This document shows, one piece after another, positions 12,901-24,900 of a DNA stretch of 64,000 nucleotides. How positions within the stretch are numbered: position 1 is the stretch's first letter; the number at the start of each line of letters is the position of its first letter. This DNA comes from Antedon mediterranea. Lineage: Eukaryota; Animalia; Echinodermata. The position numbers and the translations under genes are program-made. The DNA is taken from assembly GCF_964355755.1 (NCBI RefSeq), contig NC_092677.1, positions 15,398,101 through 15,462,100 of the forward strand. Direction: 5' to 3'. The notes under the pieces are model-generated. The model did not search any database and was not told the origin of the DNA. It saw only the letters and a list, made by a program, of their open reading frames with translations.

Positions 12901-15900
12901 ATTTGAGTCTAAGACCCATATTCACCTTAACAGATATGATTAAACATGTGTAACTATATTTAAATCATCAATTATCAACTTATATGAATTACCGTTACTT
13001 AGTATTTAAGGGAAATATCTCACTAGAATGGTGATTGGAGAACGGCCGCTGGGATCGGTTAAGTGAGGGAATACAATACTCATACACAAATCCAATACTA
13101 CCCAGGCTACAGTGACACTTGTATCATTGCTCTTAGTTCTCACAAATGTCAGATCATTGTCTTCATAATCATTATCTTCTTATTAAATCGGCACCATTAC
13201 TATACCTATTTATTATTTTATAATTTCTTTATTATATTGTAGTTACCAATCCATGTGATAGTTCTCCTTGTCTTAATGGAGGTACTTGTACCAACACTGC
13301 TACAGGCTACAGTTGTACATGTACAAGCTCGTACACTAACACTAGATGTGAGACAGTCGTAGAAAGTAAGTTCTCGCATATTATATGCTACTGTTATTGT
13401 CATTGTAAATTCGGAACTAAAAAACACCCCACCCCACCGACCTCTCATCTTAGTGCTGACCTAAGACATTTTTGAAAAATTAGGGCTGTCAGGTACCCGG
13501 AGATGGCACTTTACATTTACATGGTTTTCATATGAACTTTATTCAGACATTCAAAACCAAAAATTACGTGAAAGTTTGAGATCGTAATGTCTTCATATGA
13601 AAACCATTAATAACATTATAAATATTACTAAACTAATATATCTCTAAATTTGTATATGGTAATATTAATGATATCTCTCAGATTGTATACTTTGAACTAA
13701 GAATACGCAAATATCCAATCGAAATAATTAATAGAATCTTCAATAAAAGATTACCTGACACTTTTGTTTGATGATATTTGTGTATAGCCTATTTCTTCAT
13801 AAAACCTTAAATTGGTATGCTTATGTATGTATACGCATGTGTATATGTGGGTATAGATATAAATCCAAAGGCAAATTACTGAAAAAATTGACAATGCTGT
13901 GGGTATCAGTGGCTGGATCTCAATGGAGATACAAAAATAAAAAGCGAAAAGCTAAATCAAAACGATAAAGTAAACAGCCAGAAAAATTAGCAGAGCTTTC
14001 GGGCAACACTAGCCCTTCATCAGTGCAAGTGAAGGAATTTGGATAACGTCATAGTATAAAGCTGTCAAGTGCTGTGGGTATAGATATATATATATGTATA
14101 TATGTATTAGTACGTGTTTGGTACGTTTGTATGTATGATGTATTTGTATATACTAGATGGCACGCTCGCTTCGCTCGCGTACCATCTAGGTCGTGCCAAC
14201 AGATGGTTCTCGAATACACAGTATTTCCAGCGAGAAAAAAATGGAGATTTCAAATGTACGTACCGCAGGACTATAATACATTGTCGTTTACAGAAACGAA
14301 TAAATATACACAATGATTTATGTAGTCAACCAAAATTAGCACCCTGGGAATTACTTCCGAGAGAGAAACAAAATGAGTCAAATTTTTTTATTTGGACTAA
14401 TTTAAACAAACCTAATTTGTGTTTTGTATGTAACATAAGGGTTGGGGGATGGGGGAAGAAGATAGGTACAAAGAGGAAACATTTTAAAATATATTCTTAT
14501 CCACTCAGTAACGAAATATTGTTTTTAATGTTTTATAGGCCTATAAATAATGTACCACTAAATACAGTAAAACATTTACGATTTAATACGGTACTTTGTT
14601 AAAACTCTCACTTTCATAGTCGATTGAAATAGTAAAGTACATGTAACGATACACCACTACGACGTTTATATATTTTTAAATTATTAATTAATACAAACGT
14701 TGTGAAGCAACTGTCAGTAATAACGTTTATTTATTTGTATATTATATGTTTATAATCTAACAGTAGGGCCTATCTACACTCACAGTAATAAAGTTTATTT
14801 GTATATATTTTTATATTACATCTAACAGTACCAACACTCACAGTAAGAAATTTGCGATTCAAATTGCGATCAAAAGTGGTTAATACCTTAACAGTATTGT
14901 ACAGCATTGCAATACTATTTATGTTTATTCTCCAAGGGGGCCCATAAATCTAAATCTATACCTGTATAATGGTTAAACCAAATAATTTGGAATGTTTATT
15001 TGTATATTATATGTTTATAATCTAACAGTAGGGCCTACCCACACTCACAGTAATAAAGTTTATTTGTATATTTTTATATTACATCTAACAGTACCAACAC
15101 TCACAGTAAGAAATTTGCGATTCAAATTGCGATCAAAAGTGGTTAATACCTTAACAGTATTGTACAGCATTGCAATACTATTTATGTTTATTCTCCAAGG
15201 GGGCCCATAAATCTAAATCTATACCTCTATGGTTAAACCAAATAATTTAGAATGTTCCATTCATCACAAATCAATACATTTGTAAAAACGTATATTAAAT
15301 CTATCAAAATAGTATTTTTAAAAGAAAATCGGCCTGTCTTCAACATTATGATGCTGTACTCGAACTGTTCAACCGGTTTTCAGCTATTAAAAACAATTAT
15401 CGTAGGAGGAGATAGAAAAATGCGAAGCCTCCTCGCATTTTTGTGGCGGGTATTTTTCAAGATGAACATCCATTAGACAGTGTATACCACGATCGGAAAA
15501 CACCCCTATTTTATCGTAGGAGGAGATAGAAAAATGCGAAGCCTCCTCGCATTTTTGTGGCGGGTATTTTTCAAGATGAACATCCATTAGACAGTGTATA
15601 CCACGATCGGAAAACACCCCTATTTGGGGCAAATCGTTGAACCTAAATTCGTTTTAGTCGTCAATAACTAATTATCTAACTTAATTTAATTAGTAAACAG
15701 GGTTACATCAGGTGGTTAAAATCAGTACCGAAAGTACGAACCAACTTTATATACCATCGAGTAAAAATTCTAGAAGTAAGGCGCGATTTACCGAATTTTG
15801 CCCTTACGTAAATTTATATATAGATATACACATATGTATGTATATCGACCTATACGTGTCTAAATATGTCTAATTTAAAAAGAAATTATGTATGTAAACA

Positions 15901-18900
15901 AAGAAAGAAACACCCCAAAAAAATTTAAAAATTAAGAAAAATATGTTAATTGATTATTAACAAGGCCAACAGCCATTAAGTCGCGTGCTACAATGCATAG
16001 TGATACCGGACCGACAGACAGACCGACCGACAGACCGACAGACAAACAAACCGACAGACCGACAGACAGACCGACCGACCGACATAGTGAACTATACTGA
16101 CCGAAATTACTAAACATGTTTAAAAATGTTGAAAGGTTTAAAAACATTTATATTTTTTTAATTTACACGTGCGTAGCCTGTCACTTTTGACGTGCTCGTA
16201 TAACGTAATTTCGAGTTGAAAAGAAAGTCAAGAAAACAGAAATCGGGCAAAAAGAGTGCGCAATAACATTTAACGCGTAGTGCGCGCGCAAAAATATGCG
16301 CACTCATGGCAATTTTGTAAACGCTTAAAATTGCATGAAACGTACTCTTATTTCATCGAAAATAAATTTTGAAAATTTTAAGCGCGCGTACGCATGCGTT
16401 ACATGCGCTACGCACGTAATTGTATTGCCATATTATGATGATTTATGCCCTGAAATTTATGAGTACCAAATTTTATTTAATTGTGATTCATGGTTGTGAA
16501 GATATGATTACAAACGTGATTTCGTTAAATCGTGCGTAGACCGCGTAATTTTTTATTGCGCACCGTGAAAACATAACCACATCGATTCCTGGCCATTAGG
16601 AATATACTGTGAAAAATTGACCTAGCTAGATTAAACTGATATCAAGATAAGGTCAGAAAGCGATAAAACGCATAGTGATACCGGACCGACAGACAGACAG
16701 ACAGACCAACAGACAGACAGACCGACAGCAGACCGACAGACAGACAGACAGACCGACCGACCGACATAGTGAACTAAAGAGTCGCTTCCACGCGACTAAA
16801 AACATATAAGCATGGTTAATGTATAAGATTATAAAAGAAAGAAAATGTATTAATGATGACATGTATAAAAATTAATCAAAGATAAAAACGCATCTCATTT
16901 GTATTTATGACAAAATTGTTCAAAGAGAAAAAAAAATTGTTGATAACGCAGGTATAAAGAAAGTTATATAAGATTATAAAAGAAAGAAAATGCATTTACG
17001 TTAACATGTATAAAAATTAATTAAAGATAAAAACGCATTTTAAGTTGTATTTATTTTCAAGCAAAAGGAAGAATTAAAAAGATAAAAATTGTTAAAAAGA
17101 GAAAAAAATGTTGTTAATTGATAATGTATGTACAAAGAATATAAGTATAATTAATATATAAAGTCTCCAGGACCAGGACTTCTACTTTGAAAATATCAGC
17201 CCTACTGAAGGCCTAAACAAGTGGATCTTTTTTCCCTTTATCTGGGAGAGGGCCCACCCCAGCCTACGCTCTGTGCTAAAATGCCATAATGAAAATATAA
17301 ATACAATTATTGTATTAAAATACATATAAGATCATCATTACTTTTAAATTCCAGATGTTTGTGACGTACCTCATGATTCTGGTTCAAATTGTGGGAATGC
17401 AATCTATGTATTGAGATATTATTACGACAGTGGTTCGTCAAGCTGTATTGCATTTTCATATCAATGTAATGGAAATGGCAACAATTTTGATTCAATAGAG
17501 TCGTGTATGAATGCATGCCAAGGTAAGTTAAGTGAAAGCGCATATTTATTTACAGTTTTTTTTTTCAAATAATACACACCAAAAGAAAATACAACGCAAC
17601 ACATTGTCAATTTATCACCACCTCTATATGATCGTTAGATTTCTGCTTAGTGAAACCTGACTAAATCTAAAAATAAAAGGGGCAAAAGAACAGCCAATAT
17701 TCCAAACCAACATCGGCACCCCTCAAGGTGATAGCTTAAGCCCGGTCTTATTCACTGTTTACCTTGAGTCTGCCCTACAAGGAATCCGAAAAAATAACCA
17801 AACAAAAATCCCTCAAAAGATAACATATGCTGATCATGTAGATTTTTTAAGTCTAAACAGCAAGCATAACGTCAACCAATTAGAACGCCATCTATCAACT
17901 TTCAACTTAAATGTAAATTTAAAAAAAACAGAACACACGATCGTAAGACGACAAAAAGAAGACATACAAGAACAATGGAGAAACACGAAAAAAGTAGGAT
18001 CGCTCCTTGGTGACAGACAAGACATAATTAGAAGAAAACAACTAGCGCGTGTTGCAATGACCAAACTAAACTCGATGTGGCTTCGAAAAGATAAAATCAA
18101 ATTAAAAATACGTAGCTTTACAACTCACTAGTAAAGTATATTACTCTACAACTCCGAAACATGGGGGCTCACAAAAGAAGAAGCACATAAACTTGACACA
18201 TTTCACAGACAACAACTTCGCAAAATTATAGGTATCAGGTTTTCCAGACAGGATATCGAACATAAATTTATACAGAAGGACAGGAACAAAACAATTTCGT
18301 TAGAAATAGTCGACGCACGATGGAGACTATTGGGTCACATACTCAGACAAGACCCATATACACCAGCACAGCAGTAAGCTATTATTTCAGCAACACTACC
18401 AATATAAAATTTCGAGGAAGACCGAGAACCATCCTACCAATAACTCTCAGCAACGACCTACTCACCCTTTATAAGCAGAACACAAACATCATGTATCCCG
18501 GACAATTGAAAACCAAGAACGACATCAAACAACTTAAAACAACAAGCCAATGAAAGATCCGATTGGAAGAAACTGGTAAAAGAGAAATACGGAGCAGTCG
18601 ACAGATTTTTCAGCGGAGAGGCAGTAATCATCATCATATATATGGTCATAATTATATTTTATTAAATGTGTTTTGTCTCTTTATATTAGTAGTCTCAACT
18701 CCATGTGATAGTTCTCCTTGTCTTAATGGAGGTACTTGTACCAACACTGCTACAGGCTACAGTTGTACATGTACAAGTTCGTATACTGGCACAAGGTGTG
18801 AAACACTAGGTAAGATTACATTAAACACAAATATCGGCTAATTAGTTGAATGTCTTGGTATATATCGTGTGGTATCATTGTGATCAGAAACAACTTACAT

Positions 18901-21900
18901 TACGTCACTAGCTAGTTTCGATACAATGAAAATGAATAAAAACACATCACAATTAAACATAGTTCTATTGTTTATAGATGTTCATTATTTTCCAGTAATG
19001 AATGATGAGCGGCACTTATTAATGATGAACGTTTTGTGAAAATATTTACTTAACCTTACCAATAGTAGCTGGTGCATGCACAATAAATGTATGATATTAT
19101 GTACATTAGATACAATGAAAATCAATATAAACACATCACAATTAAAAATAATTCTATTTTTTATGGATGTTTGTGCATAATATTGGCCTATTAGGCTAGT
19201 CAATCTAGCATTTTGAGTGAAACAAATTGCAAACAGAGATTTTTTTTTTTTAATGGTTACATATGATAAGGTAATTATTTTTTGAACGTCACACCTCTGA
19301 CACTCATCCCGAAGGTATGCAAATTAGCTTAAATATGCAAATTAGGGTGAAATTACAGGGTTGCCATATCTTAAAAACTACTAATCGTAGAGAGTTCATT
19401 TTTGTACAGTCTGGTTCAAAATATATATATTTATATTTGCTCTAATGAGACATTTTACAGAAAAATGTCCGGAAGTACCAAATGTTGACCCTTGACCCCA
19501 TTTCTCAATATTTACATAAATATGTGATTAAAATGTATGTAGAGACTTTATTTTGGACTCAATGACTTGGATATTGTTTTTCAATACCCACCATAGAACT
19601 GTATTATAATTCCTAAAATCACAACTTCGTCACGCACCTCGAAAGTATGCAAATTAGTAGTACAAGTAATATTAAATATGCAAATTAGGGAGTGAAATTA
19701 CACCGTTGCCATATCCCGAAAACCGCTAATGCTACAGTGTTGATTTTTTCACTAAAATATTTAAAATGTATATATTTATATTTGCTGTAATGAGATATTT
19801 TACAAAAAAATGCACATTTGACCCTCGACCCCATTTCTCAATATTGCATATACAGTATAATGAAAACTAAAATGTCTGTAGAGACTTTGTTTTGCCCTCA
19901 AATGACTCGGATACAGGTTTCTAATAGCCAACATAGGAATGTTTAGTAAATCTCAAAATCACACCTGTATCACTCACCTTCAAAGTATGCAAATTATTAG
20001 TACAAGTTACATGAAATATGCAAATTAGGGGGTGAAATTACAGGTTCCTATATGTATCGAAAACCGCTAAGGTAGAGAGTTGATTTTTTCAAAAACTTGT
20101 TCAGAATGTACATATTTATATTTGCTCTAATGAAACATTTTACGAAAAAATGACCGGAAATACAACAATTGACCCTCGACCCTATTTATCAATGTTTGCA
20201 TACATAATGCGACTAAAATGTCTGTAGATAATTTTTTTGGACTCAAATGACTCGGATACAGTTTTCCTATTGTCAGCATAGGACCTCTTTGTAATTCCCA
20301 AAATCACATCTTTGTCACATACCTTGAAAGTATGTAAATTATTAGTACAAGTTACATGAAATATGCAAATTAGGGGTGAAATTACTGTCTTCCCATATCT
20401 CGAAAACCATTAATGCTAGAGAGTTGATTTGAATTCAGAGTTGATTCAGAATGTACATATTTATATTCGCTGTAATGAAACATTTTATGCAAAAATTGTC
20501 TTGATTGAATTATGACATTGGACCCTTGATCCTATTTCTCAATATTTTCATATAATTCAACTAAAATATCTGTACAGACTGTTTTGGCCTCAAATGACTC
20601 AGATACAGGTTTTCTATAGCCAGCATAGAACTGTAGTAATTCTCAAAATCACACCTTTGTTATTTCCCTAGAAAATATGAAAATTAGTAGTACAAGAGGT
20701 GAAAGTTGCCATATCTCTATCGGTCATTAGCGTTTTTCGAGAGACATAAGGCTGTAATTTGCATATTTCATATAACTTGTACTAATAATTTGCATACTTT
20801 CGAGTTGCTTGACTTTTGGAATTACTAAACGATCCTATACTGGCTATATAAAACCTGTATCCAAGTCATTTGAGGCCAAAACAAAGTATGTACATACATT
20901 TTAGTTGCGTTATATGCAAATAATATTGAGAAATAGGTTCGAGGGTCAAATGTCATACTTTCGATAAATTTTTTTTCAATAATGACCCAGATACAGATTT
21001 TCTATAGCCAGCATAGAACTGTTTAGTAATTCTCAAAATCACACCTCTGTTATTTCGCTTGAAAGTATGCAAATCAGTAGTACAAGAAAGTTGCCATATC
21101 TCTCTCTCGGTCATTAGCGTTTTCGAGATACATAAGGCAATTCACTGTAATTTGCATATTTCATATAGCTTGTACTACTAATTTGCATACTTTCGAGGTG
21201 CTTGACTTATACTGGCTATAAAAAACCTGTATCCGAGTCATTTGAGGCCAAAACAAAGTCTGTACATACATTTTAGTTGCATTATATGCAAATATTGAGA
21301 AATAATAATAATAATATCCTGGATTTATATAGCGCCTAATGTTGTGTAACCTCTAAGCGCTGTACATAAACTAATACAAAAAAAGGGAATTCCAACCATG
21401 CCAAAATGAAGGCGTGATTTTGGGAATTACAAAGCGGTCCTATGCTGACTATAGGAAACATGTATCCGAGTTATTTGAGTCCAAAACAAAGTCTCTACAG
21501 ACATTTTAGTCGCATTATGTATGCAAACATTAATAAATGGGGTTGAGGGTCAATTGTTGTATTTCCGGTCATTTTTTCGTAAAATGTTTCATTAGAGTAA
21601 ATATAAATATGTACATTCTGAACAAGTTATTGAAAAAATCAACTCTCTAGCCTTAGTGGTTTTTGATATATAGGAACCTTTAATTTCACCCTCTAATTTG
21701 CATATTTCATGTAACTTGTACTAATAATTTGCATACTTTGGAGGTGAGTGATACAGGTGTGATTTTGAGATCTACTAAACAGTCCTATGTTGGCTATTAG
21801 AAACCTGTATCGAAGTCATTTGAGGGCAAAACAAAGTCTCTACAGACATTTTAGTTTCATTTATATATGCAATATTGAGAAATGGGGTCGAGGGTCAAAT

Positions 21901-24900
21901 GTCATACTTTCGGTCAATTTTTTGTAAAATGTTTCATTGGAGCAAATAGAAATATGTACATTTTGAATACGGCTGTGAAAAAATCAGCTCTCTAGCATTA
22001 GTGGTTTTCGAGATATAGGACAACTGTAATTTTTTCCTCTTATTTGCATATTTTATTTACATTGTACTACTAATTTGCATACTTTCGAGGTGTTTGACAA
22101 AGGTGTGATTTTGGGAATTACAAAGTGATCCTATGCTGGCTATTAGGAACCTATGTCTGGGTCATTTGAGGGCAAAATAAAGTCTCTACAGACATTTTAG
22201 TCACATTGTATATGCAAACATTGAGAAATGGGGTCGAAGGTCAAATGTTGTACTTCCGGTCGTTTTTTCGTAAAATTTTTCATTAGAGTAAATATAAATA
22301 TATACATTTTGAATAGATCAGTGAAAAAATCAACTCTCTCGGACTAGTAGTTTTTGAGATATGGTAACCTTGTAATTTCACCCTAATTTGCATATTTAAG
22401 CTAATTTGCATATCATCGGGATGAGTGACAGAGGTGTGATGCTCAAATTTTGATCTCCTCATCATATATGACCATTTAAAAAAGAAAAATCTCTGTTTGC
22501 AATTTGTTTCACTTTGGGCTGTTTTTTTTGCTAGATTGACTAGCCTATATTTCGAAAAAAAAAAAAAAATTAATAAAAACAACAAATATATGTCGAAATT
22601 TCGATATAGCAAACAACAAATAAAAAAAATGTTTTGTTTTGTGTTTTTTTACGTATGTCGAAATTTCGAAAAACAAAATACATTGCACATTGGCCGTCGT
22701 TCATTTCAAATGTCTAATATTAGTGTTTTAGAAGTAAATTTCATATTGCCAGTTTGTTAATTCTATGTTGTCTCCCAGGGCTAGACAGTATAGCTCTTAG
22801 GCATAGCTAAACGAAGTTATACATAATTTCCCGGTTTACGCACGTATTTATATGTTGACATTTTAAAATTGCAAAACAAATAACAATTTGTTGTTTTATT
22901 TATTTGTTGTTTGTTTTGCTATCATGTCAAAATTTCGATATAGCTAGCTATATTTATATTCATGTGACAGGATTAGGCTTTCTTAACAAAAAAGAGCTAT
23001 TTCTGCAACATCTTGTGTATTACTATATTATACAGGAACTCGGCTGTTCTAATGCTTGACAAGAAACAACAGGTCATTTAACATAATACTTTTCCTCTAG
23101 ATATATGCACCCTATCACTAGTAGCGGGAACATGCGCAGTAGATCCTATGTTACGATATTACTTTGACGGCACGACATGTCAGCCATTTGCCTTTTATTG
23201 TAATGAGAATGCCAACAACTTTCAATCCAGCGAAGATTGTGAAAGTGCACGCGGAGCTAAATATGTGAACTAACAAGGACAAATTTTAAAGAAAAATACA
23301 ATATTTCTTTAAGGAAAAGTTAAAGATTTTAAGCTGTTTTTATGAATTTTTTTTTATTGAATTTTTTTACTATAGGCGTTAATCCATGTAGTTCTGCTCC
23401 TTGTCAAAATGGTGGGGTATGTAATACTCTTGGAACAAGCTTTACCTGCACGTGCTCTGGTTGTTGGATTGGAAATAACTGTGAAATAGGTTTGTTTCTT
23501 TCGTATATTTAGTGCACGCCCGTAACCTCCAGTGAAAAACTGCAATGAGCTTTGGTGGTCTCTAGTTTGAAAAGGGCAATAGAAGAAAAAGAAGGGTTCA
23601 TTCGTTAGCTTATTTACAAGTTATCGACGTCTGTTTTTGTGAAACAGGTCAGTGGCCTACCAACATTTGCAAGAAAATAATTTTAATATTGATATAATCA
23701 ACATAATGATTCTACTCTTTGATTAGAGGGTAATCATTTATTATAACATTGGTAATTTGTTTTCACTAGCTCAAAACCCTTGTGCCAACAACGTTTGTCA
23801 GAATGGAGGAGCGTGCGTTGCAGTAGCTGGTTCCTGTACTTCTTACACATGTACCTGTCCATCATGTTTCTCAGGAACATTCTGTGAAATAGGTAATTTT
23901 ACTAAACTATTAGTGATGTGCATGCCGCAGACAGACTATGACTATGCCTTCTTTCTTGATCAGTGTAAATTTGAATGTATACAGGGCATTAAATAAATGG
24001 TTTTTCTATTAGGCCAGGATCCATGTGCTGGAAGTGCATGTCAAAACGGAGGAGTGTGTACTGCTATTGCTGGTGTTTGTACTGCTTACACGTGTTCCTG
24101 TTCAGCATGCTTCACCGGTGCTTTTTGTGAAACAGGTCAGTGGCCTACCAAAATGTGCAAGAAAATAATTATAATATTGATATAATCCACATAATGATTC
24201 TACTCTTTAATTAGAGAGTAATAAGTTATTATAACATTGGTATTTTGTTTCACTAGCTCAAACCCCTTGTGCCAACAACGTTTGTCAGAATGGAGGAACG
24301 TGCGTTGCAGTATCTGGTTCTTGTACTTCTTACACATGTTCCTGTCCATCTTGTTTCTCAGGAACATTCTGTGAAATAGGTAATTATACTAAACTATTAG
24401 CGATGTGCATGCCGCAGGCAGACTAGAACTATGCCCTCTTTCTTGATCAGTGTGAATTTGAATGTTTTCAGGCCATTAAATAAAATATTTTTTATTAGGC
24501 CAGGACCCATGTGCTGGAAGTGCATGTCAAAACGGAGGAGTGTGTACTGCTATTGCTGGTTTTTGTACTGCTTACACGTGTTCCTGTCCAACATGCTTCA
24601 CCGGAGCTTTTTGTGAAACAGGTCAGTGGCCTACCAACATTTGCAAGAAAATAATTATTTATTTATTTATTTATTTATTAGGTTATATGCATGCATTCAT
24701 GCATATAACCTCTTGATTCTGTCAAAATCTTTATTTATTTCTTTATTTATTTATTTATTTGTCCGTCAATTATCTTGATATCAGTTTCATGTAACTAAGT
24801 CAATTTTTCAGAGTGTATTCCTTATGGCCAGGAATCGATGTGGTTATGTTTTCACGGTGCGCAATCAAACATTACGCGGTCTACGCGCGATTTTACAAAA

